Shown: positions 1 through 9,933, numbered from the stretch's first letter. The stretch is DNA of 64,000 nt from a virus (IMGVR_UViG_2848005981_000005:994-64993); one strand, 5' to 3'. Notes: generated by a model from the sequence alone, not told the origin. Numbers and translations are program-made.

Positions 1-832
1 TCATTACACCCTTTAATCCAGAAACTCCTTCTTTCTTCGCTTCATCAAGAAATTGCGAAGCAAGGAAATCATATCCGCTTTCTGATGTGGCATCAATCGC
101 TATAATAAGAAAACCATTATCCGTAACTGTTGCCTTTACGCATGTAAATCCGGTAATTGTTTCAATGTACTTATCCGCACCCGTGACTTGGTTTTCAGAT
201 TTTGAATTTTCTTTATTCTTGATTTGGCTATTTACTGATGATGTAATTTCTTGGGAAAATTTTAGCGTATGCGCTGTTTTGTCTATTGGGGCATTTGCGA
301 ATGTTAACCCACAAAAAAACGAGTCATTATTAAAATAGATGGCTAAATTATCCTTTGCCCAACATGTGTATTTCTTGTGTAAATGTTCCTTATCTCCTAT
401 TACGCAACTACTTGAAATCAAATCACCAAATTCCAGTTTTAAGTCTTTTAGTAAACTTTCATCTCTTGATTCTGGCAAAGAAACCATGCTATTTCTAAAT
501 ATAAATGAAACATTATGTATTTTTCCATTCATAGGGAGGGCTGGAAGAATCAATGCTTTGTAATATCCAGTTGGGAATTTGAATGTATAATAATAGAAAT
601 CATCCTTTTTGCTAACGTTTGTAGAATCGGGATTTAAACTTAACTTTTCGAGATGACTGTTTATCTCATCTTTTGTCATGCCAAATCTTATACCACATGG
701 GATTGTTTCGATAGTTTCTTGGGCTTGTTCTGCTTCACTAAGCATTGTGTAACATTTCTGTATGTTTGCGTTTTGATTTTCACAACCTATACAAGCAATG
801 GAAAATGCTAATATAAATAGATATTTTTTCAT
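1..832 (-). CDS. Lipoprotein, 3' end outside window (possible superinfection-exclusion moron)
   Basis: Translated at both ends only: starts MKKYLFILAFSIACIGC (lipobox) and the same frame is open at the window edge (...EGVSGLKGVM). Directly downstream of the repressor. Confidence 0.65.
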   Translation of the reverse strand, partial: MKKYLFILAFSIACIGCENQNANIQKCYTMLSEAEQAQETIETIPCGIRFGMTKDEINSHLEKLSLNPDSTNVSKKDDFYYYTFKFPTGYYKALILPALPMNGKIHNVSFIFRNSMVSLPESRDESLLKDLKLEFGDLISSSCVIGDKEHLHKKYTCWAKDNLAIYFNNDSFFCGLTFANAPIDKTAHTLKFSQEITSSVNSQIKNKENSKSENQVTGADKYIETITGFTCVKATVTDNGFLIIAIDATSESGYDFLASQFLDEAKKEGVSGLKGVM

Positions 833-859
833 TATATTGATATTAATTGAGTTCTCTAA

Positions 860-1558
860 CTAAAATCTCTTCACTGCTCCCAATACTTGAAATATAGTCC
901 TAATCATTTTTACTGGAAGTTGTTGGGGGGAATATTCCGGCGACTTGTTTGAAGGAATAAGGGTGTAAAAATCATCTGTTTTTCCCGCTCCCAGCCTTTT
1001 TATAGTGCGCATATCGTTTTTTGTAACGATTGCATACACTTCTCCGAGCGGAAGAAAGGATTTATCTTCAATCTTCTTCAAAGCTATTATATCTCCGTGA
1101 TTAATTTCTGGTTCCATAGAATGACCTGTAACATTGCACCAGCAATCCGCATTATTGTATTTTTGAAAATCTATCAGATACTCTGGATTTACGGTTTGGT
1201 CGTTTAGAACCAAATCAAAACCACCTATGAAATCCACATTGTAATATGGCACTCCTTTTGTGTAATTGATTTTTGGCTGTTTAGTGTCGTCAAGGCTTGG
1301 CTCCATTAAAACATCTGTTTTTTCTTTTGTGTATTCATATAGTTTTCGAGACAACATATCTCCTTCCCCGGTAAGAAGCCAGTTTGCATTTACATCTGGG
1401 AATTTTGATAATATTTTGTTTAGCACATTTTTACCAGCACCACGAGACACCCAATTACTTATTGTTTGTGGTCTTTCCTCCATTTTCCTTGCAAAATCAG
1501 CTTTTGATTCGCAGAAATGAGAAATAATATCAGAAATTCTTTCACCTTCTGTTTTCAT
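860..1558 (-). CDS. CI-like repressor (HTH + S24 peptidase)
   Basis: N-terminal HTH (KADFARKMEERPQTISNW), NANWLLTGEG motif, S24 motifs VTGHSMEP and TIKRL. Start moved to MKTEGE. Confidence 0.92.
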   Translation of the reverse strand: MKTEGERISDIISHFCESKADFARKMEERPQTISNWVSRGAGKNVLNKILSKFPDVNANWLLTGEGDMLSRKLYEYTKEKTDVLMEPSLDDTKQPKINYTKGVPYYNVDFIGGFDLVLNDQTVNPEYLIDFQKYNNADCWCNVTGHSMEPEINHGDIIALKKIEDKSFLPLGEVYAIVTKNDMRTIKRLGAGKTDDFYTLIPSNKSPEYSPQQLPVKMIRTIFQVLGAVKRF

Positions 1559-1700
1559 GTAAACAACAATGTGTATATTTGCATCAAAATCAAGTTGCGG
1601 GTGATTTTGACTAATAAGTTTAACTGTTCCCGTTAAGGGACTATATAGGCGACTAAACTTCAAACCGCAACTTTGGAGTTGGTCGCTTTCGCTTTTTGAT

Positions 1701-1919
1701 ATGAACTTGTTATCTGTTTTAAGGAATCGCATAGCCCAAAGAAAGAGAAAGAAAATACTTTCCATTGTTCTGAATAGCAACCTTGTCGGAAGTGACACGG
1801 AATCCGAAACCGTAATACGCATCACGGAAGAACTATTTGAATATATCAGAACTGGCAGATTCTATCGTAATGCCCTTCCTAACGGTTATCTCTATCAGGG
1901 AGTACGACCAAAACACTGA
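1701..1919 (+). CDS. Small hypothetical protein
   Basis: Follows a TATATTTG promoter (~1574) and a structured leader (AAGTTGCGG...CCGCAACTT). Confidence 0.4.
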   Translation: MNLLSVLRNRIAQRKRKKILSIVLNSNLVGSDTESETVIRITEELFEYIRTGRFYRNALPNGYLYQGVRPKH

Positions 1920-2214
1920 AATTCACCCGATTTTCCTTGATATTTCTATATTCTCCTTCTATCTTCCCTATGTCCATTACCCCTATACTTACCTTTCCAT
2001 CGGCTGCATAGGACTGCTGCAATGACAGAGAGAAATCAATACGCTGTACGGATGTTATCTCGTCATTATCTTTGCTCATTATGGCTTTTGGAGAAACGAC
2101 CCCAAAACTGGTAGGGTTAATCACTGCGCCGTTTTCTATTGCAAAGTCTTGGGCGTCCTTCACTCCCTCGATTATTTCTTTGAGCGTCTCGCTTACAAAG
2201 TCTTTTAAATCCAT
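1879..2214 (-). CDS. Hypothetical protein (MDLKDFVSETLKEIIEGV...)
   Basis: Clean ORF from an internal ATG with protein-like composition. Confidence 0.65.
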   Translation of the reverse strand: MDLKDFVSETLKEIIEGVKDAQDFAIENGAVINPTSFGVVSPKAIMSKDNDEITSVQRIDFSLSLQQSYAADGKVSIGVMDIGKIEGEYRNIKENRVNFSVLVVLPDRDNR

Positions 2215-2311
2215 AGCTCTACATAATAAGGTATAAACTACCCTAATAGTTAAATAGTATTTATATACACATATACGTTTATATATTATTTGTAACATAC
2301 ACAAATATGTG

Positions 2312-2328
2312 TATCTTTGCATCATCAA
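2312..2328 (+). promoter_or_regulatory. Early rightward promoter, -7 element TATCTTTG followed by CATCATCAA
   Basis: Matches TAnnTTTG. The same 17-nt pattern recurs at 21626 and 36917. Confidence 0.7.
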
Positions 2329-2399
2329 TCAATCACGTAGCAAAGATAAACTAAATGATTGATGATACAAATAGTATAAACATATTAAATCACACGATT

Positions 2400-2726
2400 A
2401 TGAGCACGAAGAGTTTTTTACATGAAGTTATGAGCCTTGCATGGCAGTTCGTTCGCAAGAACGGTTTCACGATGTCAGAAGCATTAAAGTGCGCTTGGGC
2501 TAACATGAAATTGAAATTGCAGATGAAAAGCAAGATTGTGAAATTCTACTTTCAAAAGGTGGACGGTTCTGTGAGAGAAGCCTACGGTACACTAAATGAA
2601 AAGTTGATGCCTGCCATTGCTGGTACTGACAACAGAAAGAAGAACGACACCGTTCAAACTTACTATGATACTGAACGCCAAGAGTTCAGATGCTTTAAGA
2701 AAGCTAACCTTTTAAAAATCGCCTGA
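2400..2726 (+). CDS. Phage protein with C-terminal SH3/WYL-like beta-barrel (DUF2693-like)
   Basis: Motifs KFYFQKVDGSVREAYGTL and YYDTERQEFRCFK. Confidence 0.75.
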   Translation: MSTKSFLHEVMSLAWQFVRKNGFTMSEALKCAWANMKLKLQMKSKIVKFYFQKVDGSVREAYGTLNEKLMPAIAGTDNRKKNDTVQTYYDTERQEFRCFKKANLLKIA

Positions 2727-2727
2727 T

Positions 2728-2937
2728 ATGAGACAGTTTAGAGTATGTGACAGTGTAGAAGCCTACGGGCTTGAAAAGGCTTTAGATAAGGCTTGTATAG
2801 ACCTTGATAGAGTTGATAAGATGTCTGACACAGAGGCTTGTGCTTTCTGTAATACCGATACCAAAGAAGAAGCCTTAGAGGTTATTCAAGAAGAGATTGA
2901 TTACATAGAGTTTCAACTTGATAGAATAGCAGTATGA
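2728..2937 (+). CDS. Small acidic hypothetical protein
   Basis: ORF tightly coupled to the upstream gene. Confidence 0.65.
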   Translation: MRQFRVCDSVEAYGLEKALDKACIDLDRVDKMSDTEACAFCNTDTKEEALEVIQEEIDYIEFQLDRIAV

Positions 2938-3108
2938 TAGAGGCATTGATAGTATTAGGCTGCTTGTATGCAAGCTACAGGCTTTTCAGAAAGCCGGGCG
3001 AGAAGTTCTTTTATGATGATTAATCACACGATTATATCACGCACGACAGCCCTATTGACGGATTGAACGGCAACTGATAGCGAGAATCGGGTAGGGCACT
3101 ATTGATTA

Positions 3109-3120
3109 GTTCTTTGACAT
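3109..3120 (+). promoter_or_regulatory. boxA-like antitermination element GTTCTTTGACAT
   Basis: Resembles rrn/nut boxA and lies in a long non-coding leader of the early operon. Confidence 0.5.
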
Positions 3121-3547
3121 ATTGGTACGATATAAAGATATATTTCTGCGAAGGCACGTAAGCGAAGCCAGTGATGGTAGATAGTGGTGGGTGCAAGTGG
3201 AACGGAATTGACACCGATAGCAACCGAAGATAAGCTGATGAAGAGCGAATGGTTGTATATGTCTGATGGTGGTAAAGCCACGAAGTTGATATGATTTTTA
3301 CTTTCAGCACACCAATTTGTCTTTAGTGTGGCGAGTATGCTTGGTTAGGCACAAGTATCGCTGAAAGGTCTAAATATAAGCCCTTCACGTCTCGATACGT
3401 GGTAGAATCCGTAGAAGGTATCGGGGGCGCAACAACCGCAGCAAAGGTTAGTGCTACTACCGTACTAAAAGCCACGGGCAAAGCGAAGTGCGCACCGTTT
3501 CGCTTTATCCTTATACGGGCGGCATAAACTTAAAATTAAAAGAAGTT

Positions 3548-3721
3548 ATGAAAATAATTCAATTCTCTTTATCCATACTAATAGCTATATGTGCTATTGG
3601 CATGTTTTATGGGGCTATCACGACATACAGTCCAATAAAAATCTTTTCAGTAACAATAATGAGTATCATTCTTATTGCGTGTTGCTTACTCGTTACAATA
3701 ACTTTCAAAGAACTCAAATAA
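3548..3721 (+). CDS. Small two-TM membrane protein
   Basis: Two hydrophobic stretches and an AT-rich initiation region. Confidence 0.55.
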   Translation: MKIIQFSLSILIAICAIGMFYGAITTYSPIKIFSVTIMSIILIACCLLVTITFKELK

Positions 3722-3736
3722 TTAAATTACACAATT

Positions 3737-4015
3737 ATGAAAAAGAAAAATTACAGTGTAATGGGACTGGTTCAAAAAGCTATCATAGACAGCATGAACT
3801 TCTCGAAAAGAGACGAAAGCCAAATATTTATTGAAATATCCCCTCATGTTGATGCTGTTCAATTCTATGCTTATCAAGGTAGATGGGATATTTCTAAAGA
3901 AAGAGTATTCGACTTCCATATCTATGCACGTGGTAATTTATCACCCACTGTAAAAGAGGCTAAAAAGGTGCTCAAACCTATTTACGACTTCATTAAAGAA
4001 AACTCAAAGAAGTAA
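3737..4015 (+). CDS. Hypothetical protein
   Basis: ORF in the early operon with an AT-rich upstream region. Confidence 0.65.
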   Translation: MKKKNYSVMGLVQKAIIDSMNFSKRDESQIFIEISPHVDAVQFYAYQGRWDISKERVFDFHIYARGNLSPTVKEAKKVLKPIYDFIKENSKK

Positions 4016-4096
4016 TATAACTTCAATGTGTTTTTTGTCGTGTTTATTATGTGTATCGGGTGTGCCGTCTGTGAAGATAGCGCACCTTTCTTATTG

Positions 4097-4166
4097 GGGC
4101 GTTCGGTGTAATGGCTAACACACCTCATTTGAGGAACTGGCGGTTCGAGTCCGTCAACGCCCACCA
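4097..4166 (+). ncRNA. tRNA-like RNA with collapsed anticodon loop and encoded CCA
   Basis: Acceptor GGGCGTT/AACGCCC+ACCA, D stem GTGT/ACAC, T arm GGCGG-TTCGAGT-CCGTC. Anticodon arm is CCTCA-TT-TGAGG. Confidence 0.75.
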
Positions 4167-4186
4167 ATCATTCTAATATAACATTT

Positions 4187-4381
4187 ATGGAAAAAGTAGA
4201 AAGTAAAGAGAAAATGAGAAACATGAAGAGAGGAGCCACGATAGAGCTGCCTATATCTTCACTTGAGACAATCCGCAACAACGTATCACTTCTAAATGCC
4301 AAGCATCTTCTTGAGGGTAAAAAATGGGCTTCAAAGTCTTATCCGAAAAAAGGTATTGTCGTTGTAAAAAGGGAGTCATAG
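4187..4381 (+). CDS. Small basic putative DNA-binding protein
   Basis: 64 aa, basic, in the early regulatory cluster. Confidence 0.6.
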   Translation: MEKVESKEKMRNMKRGATIELPISSLETIRNNVSLLNAKHLLEGKKWASKSYPKKGIVVVKRES

Positions 4382-4400
4382 TCATCTAACTCACACGATT

Positions 4401-4757
4401 ATGGAACGGGTATTCACAGAACTCACCCCTGAATGCGAGATTACAGCACGGATGTATGCACAAGGGTATGAGAAAAAGGAAATCGCCAATTTCAAATGCC
4501 GGGCGGTTAGCACGATTAATAACCAATTGCAAAAGGCTTTTGAAATATTGCATGTACGGAATGGGAGAGAACTTGCAACAATGCTTTATGAACGGATAGC
4601 CGGTGTGAGGCTCACGATGGATTTTTCGCCTATAGTCCGTGTGTCCGTCACATGTTGCTTACTGTGTATATTTTCTTTGTCACTTTACCACGAACAAGGT
4701 GATATGAGGAGGTTACGAAGATTTAGAATTGAACATATAGAAAGGGTAAGAGAATGA
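4401..4757 (+). CDS. LuxR-type HTH protein
   Basis: LTPECEITARMYAQGYEKKEIA...STINNQLQKAFEILHVRN. Confidence 0.8.
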   Translation: MERVFTELTPECEITARMYAQGYEKKEIANFKCRAVSTINNQLQKAFEILHVRNGRELATMLYERIAGVRLTMDFSPIVRVSVTCCLLCIFSLSLYHEQGDMRRLRRFRIEHIERVRE

Positions 4758-5053
4758 ACATGGAGGATATTTTAAATAGTGGTGCCAATGTTACTTTGAC
4801 AATAAAGTCCACTGATTTGAAAGAGTTCGCAGAACATCTTGTAAAAAAGACTGTGAGAAGTATTAGAGACTCTTTCATCAGACCGGAAGAGGACTACTTG
4901 ACCATTAAAGAGGCAAGTCAGATTCTACATACCGATAAGTCAACCTTATGGAGATGGCATAAAATTGGATATTTGTGCAGGTTGGAAATAGGAGGTAAGA
5001 GATTGTACCGAAAAAGTGATGTAGATGCTATTCTACAGAAAGAGAATAATTAA
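4754..5053 (+). CDS. Excisionase-like HTH_17 DNA-binding protein
   Basis: YLTIKEASQILHTDKSTLWRW...IGGKRLYRKSDV. Confidence 0.85.
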   Translation: MNMEDILNSGANVTLTIKSTDLKEFAEHLVKKTVRSIRDSFIRPEEDYLTIKEASQILHTDKSTLWRWHKIGYLCRLEIGGKRLYRKSDVDAILQKENN

Positions 5054-5072
5054 CCCTTTAAATTTTACGATT

Positions 5073-6005
5073 ATGAGTCTTATCAAAAAATCAAATGAAT
5101 TAGTAATCCCTACCACAGTGAAAATGATGATTTACGGCCAGGCTGGTATGGGAAAATCAACAGTGGCATTGAGCGCACCGAAACCGTTATTATTGGATTT
5201 CGATAATGGCGTTAAGCGTATGAATATGGCGCATTTGGAAAACATAGATACCGTACAGGTCATTTCATGGAGTGATGTTCAACAGGTCTTGCAGGAGGAT
5301 TTGTCTGCTTATCAGACCATTGTAGTTGATACTATTGGTAAGATGATGGATTTCATCATTACTTATAAATGTGGCAGCCGCCAACCGTCTATCAGGGATT
5401 GGAGTGGTATCAATGCGGAGTTTTCATGGATGACACGAACACTTTCGGGGCTTAACAAGCACATCATTTTCGTTGCCCATCGCGACACACGGAAAGAAGG
5501 TGATGATACCGTGTTTATCCCTGCCTTGCGTGAAAAGTCCTACAACTCCATCGTTACCGAACTGGATTTGCTCGGCTATCTTGAAATGAAAAGCGAAAGA
5601 GGTGTTCAAAGACGCACTATAACTTTTGACCCGACTTCAAGAAATGACGGTAAGAATACATGCAATCTTCCTTCAGTGATGGAAGTTCCTACCATCCTTG
5701 ACAAGAATGGTAATCCAACCGCAAAGAACGACTTTATCACCGCCAAGATAATCAATTCGTATTTGGGTATGCTTGCTGCCAAGAAGGAAGCGCAGGAAAA
5801 GTATGACAAGGTGATAGAAGAAATAAAAGAAAGCATTGAATTTATCACCGATGCCAACTCCGCTAATGAGTTCGCTTCACATATCAATGAGTTTGAACAC
5901 GTTGGTAGTTCTTTGATGATGGCGAGAAGTTTGTTTGCTGCAAAGGTAAAGGCTTTGGGACTGGTATTCAATAAGGAAACTAAAATCTACTCAGATGCAG
6001 CCTAA
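5073..6005 (+). CDS. Sak4-like AAA ATPase / single-strand annealing protein
   Basis: Walker A YGQAGMGKST and Walker B IVVDT. Adjacent to an exonuclease and an SSB. Confidence 0.85.
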   Translation: MSLIKKSNELVIPTTVKMMIYGQAGMGKSTVALSAPKPLLLDFDNGVKRMNMAHLENIDTVQVISWSDVQQVLQEDLSAYQTIVVDTIGKMMDFIITYKCGSRQPSIRDWSGINAEFSWMTRTLSGLNKHIIFVAHRDTRKEGDDTVFIPALREKSYNSIVTELDLLGYLEMKSERGVQRRTITFDPTSRNDGKNTCNLPSVMEVPTILDKNGNPTAKNDFITAKIINSYLGMLAAKKEAQEKYDKVIEEIKESIEFITDANSANEFASHINEFEHVGSSLMMARSLFAAKVKALGLVFNKETKIYSDAA

Positions 6006-6819
6006 CTATCGTATATATGCAACATTGTTGGATTCTTACTTCAATTACCTTAATAGCGATGTCATATATGAGCGTTATTATGGGTGGAGTGAGAATCCAC
6101 CATATACGGAAGAAGAGTTTCGGCAGAAGCAGTTTCAAGAACTGATAGACCGGATTAACCGCAGGCCATTCGACAGCGAAGCGGCAGACAAGGGAACAGC
6201 CTTTAATGAGGTTATTGACTGTATGGTTGAAAATCGGAAATCCGAAACGGTGCAGATTGAAAAGGTATATAAGGCAATACGCGAAGGAGCTTGTGACGAA
6301 ACAGGTAAACCTTTGTATTACGATGAGGTTCAGACCAACGAGGTTATAGGTTTGAGAGTTACCTATAATAATCGTGTTTTTACTTTCCCAATCTCACTTT
6401 GCCGAGAGTTCGCCGGTTACTTCAAAGGAGCATTGACCCAACAAAGGGTAGAAGCGATTCTTTCAACCGCATACGGCAATGTTTTGGTTTATGGGGTGAT
6501 TGACGAGCTGATGCCGGCCAGCGTCCACGACATCAAAACAACTGGAAGCTATACCGTAGGGAAGTTCAAAGACCACCATCAACATTTGGTTTATCCTTAC
6601 GCTTTGATGAAGAACGGTTCGGATGTACGGACATTTGAGTACAACATTGTAGAGTTCAATAAAGGCGGTTTTGTGGTAGATACCTATACAGAAACATACG
6701 TTTTCAATCCAGAACGTGATATTCCTATTCTCACTAATCATTGTGAGGAATTTATCCGGTTTTTGGAAGAAAACAGAGAACTTATAACTGATAAAAAGAT
6801 TTTTGGAGGAGAAAATTAA
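5995..6819 (+). CDS. PD-(D/E)xK exonuclease-like protein
   Basis: Motifs KGTAFNE, YGVIDEL, HDIKTT, QHLVY. Confidence 0.75.
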   Translation: MQPNYRIYATLLDSYFNYLNSDVIYERYYGWSENPPYTEEEFRQKQFQELIDRINRRPFDSEAADKGTAFNEVIDCMVENRKSETVQIEKVYKAIREGACDETGKPLYYDEVQTNEVIGLRVTYNNRVFTFPISLCREFAGYFKGALTQQRVEAILSTAYGNVLVYGVIDELMPASVHDIKTTGSYTVGKFKDHHQHLVYPYALMKNGSDVRTFEYNIVEFNKGGFVVDTYTETYVFNPERDIPILTNHCEEFIRFLEENRELITDKKIFGGEN

Positions 6820-7271
6820 TGGCAAACCAAATAACCGGACGGATAATCGAAATCGGACAAACCGTTCAAATACCATCCAAAAACGGTGGTTCCTCATTTA
6901 CAAAACGGGAGTTTATTTTAGATGCTACCACTTACGACCCTTATACGGGAGAGCGTAGCGAGTATGAGAACATTATTCCCTTAGAGTTTTCGGGTGACAA
7001 GTGTACAGAACTTGACCGCTTTAATCAGGGTGATGTTGTTACTGTATCATTTGTCTTACAAGGGCGTTCTTGGACGAATCAAGACGGAGAATTCAAACGT
7101 ATGGTATCCATTCGATGCTATAAAATAGAAGCGCGTGGCGGTGTATCGCAATCCCAACAGACAACATCGATACAACAACCTACACCTCAGCCGACTTATC
7201 AGCAACAGCCGCAGAATTTCCCGCCTCCGGTTGATGCTAATGGCAATGTAAAGGATGATTTGCCTTTTTAG
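6819..7271 (+). CDS. Single-stranded DNA-binding protein (DUF3127-like)
   Basis: OB-fold-like N-terminus, Q/P-rich linker and acidic DDLPF tail. Confidence 0.88.
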   Translation: MANQITGRIIEIGQTVQIPSKNGGSSFTKREFILDATTYDPYTGERSEYENIIPLEFSGDKCTELDRFNQGDVVTVSFVLQGRSWTNQDGEFKRMVSIRCYKIEARGGVSQSQQTTSIQQPTPQPTYQQQPQNFPPPVDANGNVKDDLPF

Positions 7272-7274
7272 CGT

Positions 7275-7715
7275 ATGTCCCTTTACGATACTTCAAACCC
7301 TTTGCAGAAAGAGCAATTTAAGGCTCGTTCTGCAAAGCTCGCAGAAAGCGGTAAGGTTGTAGAACTCACAGAGAAAAAGCCTAAAAGAAGCCTGCAAAGC
7401 AATAAATATTTGCATGTGATTTTAGGTTACTTTGCGTGTGAGACCGGAAACACGTTGGAGTGGGTGAAGCAACAGTATTATAAAAAGCTTGTTAATCCAT
7501 CCATTTTCATTCGTGAGAGAGACGACAAGTATTTGGGACGGATAAAGATATTGCGCAGCTCTGCTGATTTAGATAGTGCAGAAATGAGTACAAGTATTAC
7601 CCGTTTTCGTAATTGGGCAAGTGCTGAATGCGGAATATATTTACCTTCTGCTGATGAAGATAGATTGATTCAACTAATGGAAATAGAGATTGGACGAAAT
7701 AAAGATTATTTATAA
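7275..7715 (+). CDS. NinB-like recombination protein
   Basis: KRSLQSNKYLH and RSSADLDSAEMS motifs. Confidence 0.7.
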   Translation: MSLYDTSNPLQKEQFKARSAKLAESGKVVELTEKKPKRSLQSNKYLHVILGYFACETGNTLEWVKQQYYKKLVNPSIFIRERDDKYLGRIKILRSSADLDSAEMSTSITRFRNWASAECGIYLPSADEDRLIQLMEIEIGRNKDYL

Positions 7716-8284
7716 TGGCAGAAATATGGAAAGATGTTGTCGGATATGAAGGTTTATATCAAGTATCAGACAGGGGTAGAATTAAATCTATATGCAGTTA
7801 CGTAAGACTACAAAATGGTGAATTAATGAAGAAAAAGCCGCATATCCTTAAACTACAAGATAGATGTGGATATAAATGTGTAAACCTATTCAAAGGCGGA
7901 CGCTCACATACACTTAACATTCATCGTTTAGTAGCAGAGGCTTTTTTACCCAATCCTCATAGGTATTCAGTTGTAAATCATAAAGATGAAAACAAAAGCA
8001 ATAACAGCTTGTCTAATTTGGAATGGTGTACTCACGCTTATAATTTGAGTTATGGTACTGCCCAAAGAAGAAGGGCCGTATCTCAAGGTAAAGTAGTTAT
8101 TCAATTAGATAAGAATGGAGCTTTTATAAAGCGACATTTGACATTAATGGACGCTTGTAGAGATACCGGCATAAATTTTCAAAATATCTCACAATGTTGT
8201 AACAACAAAAGAAAAACAGCAGGTGGATATTGTTGGAAATTTGAGGAACAGCAGGAAATACAAAGAAATCAAGAATTTATTTAG
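7715..8284 (+). CDS. NUMOD4-HNH homing endonuclease
   Basis: EIWKDVVGYEGLYQVSDRGRIKS, HRLVAEAF, VNHKDENKSNNSLSNLEW. Confidence 0.93.
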   Translation: MAEIWKDVVGYEGLYQVSDRGRIKSICSYVRLQNGELMKKKPHILKLQDRCGYKCVNLFKGGRSHTLNIHRLVAEAFLPNPHRYSVVNHKDENKSNNSLSNLEWCTHAYNLSYGTAQRRRAVSQGKVVIQLDKNGAFIKRHLTLMDACRDTGINFQNISQCCNNKRKTAGGYCWKFEEQQEIQRNQEFI

Positions 8285-8286
8285 TT

Positions 8287-9147
8287 ATGATAGAAACAAG
8301 AAAAACAGAAATCAGGTATGTGACATCTGACCCGAAAAAGATGCTCAACATGTACCTTGCAAAACGTGTCCTCAAAACATGGGAGGAGTCTTTCATTGAT
8401 GAAGATACAGGTGAAACAGTAATCATCGAACGGAATGAAATTCTTTTTGACCGTGGCACGCTGATAGACCAAGACACTTTGGCGAAAATTCGTTTCAGTA
8501 TGGAAGCTGACGGTATTAAGGAAGTGGAAGTCAGCAACCAGAACCGCTTGGCATTCGAGAACGAGAACAAATTCTTATATCCCTATCTTGCACAGGCACA
8601 AATAGGGGACAAGAAACATAAGTTCCTGCTGTATGCCACCGGATTGGAAAATTCTTGTAGTATCTTGAAAGATTACATCGAACTAAACTATATGTTCGGA
8701 TTCACCTTGACAATGGTCAAGGAGTTCGATTCTTGTGTGATTCTTACTGATAATTTGAAAGAACGCAAGGTAGATGATGCCACCCTCGAAGAATTAAAAG
8801 ATACATTCCTTTTAAACGATTCTGTAACGGAAGAAGATGAAGAAGAGGGAGATTCCAAGCCCAATGAAAAGAAATTCTATCAGATTGAGACGAAAATCAC
8901 ATTCACGGATGGGGAGAATGAAGACGAGAGAGTTCAGACTTTTGTCGTGAACACCTTCAACGTTGACAGAGCGATGATGCTTATTACCCACTATCTCAAA
9001 AACAAAGAGGAAGAATGTGAGAAACAAGCCAAAGAAAAGGGACATGAGTTCAGAAAGAGGGAAATCCATACAGCCATTGAATCTGCTAAACCTATCCCGG
9101 TCGGGCGTTTTATTCCGAAAGAGTTTTCAATGGCTTATATGGAATAA
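8287..9147 (+). CDS. Acidic hypothetical phage protein
   Basis: 286-aa ORF coupled to the upstream gene. Confidence 0.75.
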   Translation: MIETRKTEIRYVTSDPKKMLNMYLAKRVLKTWEESFIDEDTGETVIIERNEILFDRGTLIDQDTLAKIRFSMEADGIKEVEVSNQNRLAFENENKFLYPYLAQAQIGDKKHKFLLYATGLENSCSILKDYIELNYMFGFTLTMVKEFDSCVILTDNLKERKVDDATLEELKDTFLLNDSVTEEDEEEGDSKPNEKKFYQIETKITFTDGENEDERVQTFVVNTFNVDRAMMLITHYLKNKEEECEKQAKEKGHEFRKREIHTAIESAKPIPVGRFIPKEFSMAYME

Positions 9148-9195
9148 CTTTGTTAACCTGCCTGCTCGGTCTGTGAAGATTGGGCAGGTGAATAT

Positions 9196-9339
9196 GGAGA
9201 AGTGGTGTAATTGGTAGGCACGCCGTGGGTAGCGCGGTGAGTGTAATAGAAATAGGAAGTTGGTGCTTTCCCACCTTAGTAGTCATGCTATAGTAACAAG
9301 CCGAATAAACTCATCCCGGTTCGAGCCCGGGCTTCTCCA
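9196..9339 (+). ncRNA. tRNA-like RNA (Leu-type D arm) with 5-nt anticodon loop and 76-nt variable arm
   Basis: Acceptor GGAGAAG/CTTCTCC-A, T arm CCCGG-TTCGAGC-CCGGG. Variable arm closed by TGAGT/ACTCA. Confidence 0.7.
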
Positions 9340-9513
9340 CAAACTTGTGTTAGAAAGGGGACATGAAAGTATTTAGTTGCAAATGGATATTTCTGTAATG
9401 CGCATACGGATAGTGTTCCCGATGGAATGATGTGAGCCACACATAAATGGCAAGGGTTAGTAAATAATGGTTGTGCCCCGGAGAATACGCTTCGGGGCTT
9501 TTAATGGAAAATT

Positions 9514-9933
9514 ATGGATGAATTATTAACTGGTAAGATTTGCCTTTATTGCGGTAGGTCTACTGAATACGTGGATAGTTCTGTGATCTACGGACGCTCC
9601 TACGGTATGATTTACCTCTGCCGAGATTGTAGGGCTTATGTCGGAGTACACAAGGGTACAGACCAGGCGTTAGGGCGTTTGGCAAACGCGGAACTAAGGG
9701 AAGCCAAGAAAGAAGCCCACTTCTACTTCGACCAGGTAGCTAAGACCAATCTTATCAATAAAATTTGGAAGAAACAAATCCCCAACACTTCAAACAGAAA
9801 CAAAGCCTACCTGTGGCTATCCAATCAACTGGGCATACCACGTGAGCTTTGCCATATCGGAATGTTTGATGTGGAGGATTGTAAACAAGTTGTTGAACTG
9901 TGTAAACCAATAATAGAAAACTATGGAAAATAA
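9514..9933 (+). CDS. Zinc-finger protein (DUF3268-like)
   Basis: CLYCG...CRDCRAYVGVH, ALGRLA, CHIGMFD. Confidence 0.8.
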   Translation: MDELLTGKICLYCGRSTEYVDSSVIYGRSYGMIYLCRDCRAYVGVHKGTDQALGRLANAELREAKKEAHFYFDQVAKTNLINKIWKKQIPNTSNRNKAYLWLSNQLGIPRELCHIGMFDVEDCKQVVELCKPIIENYGK

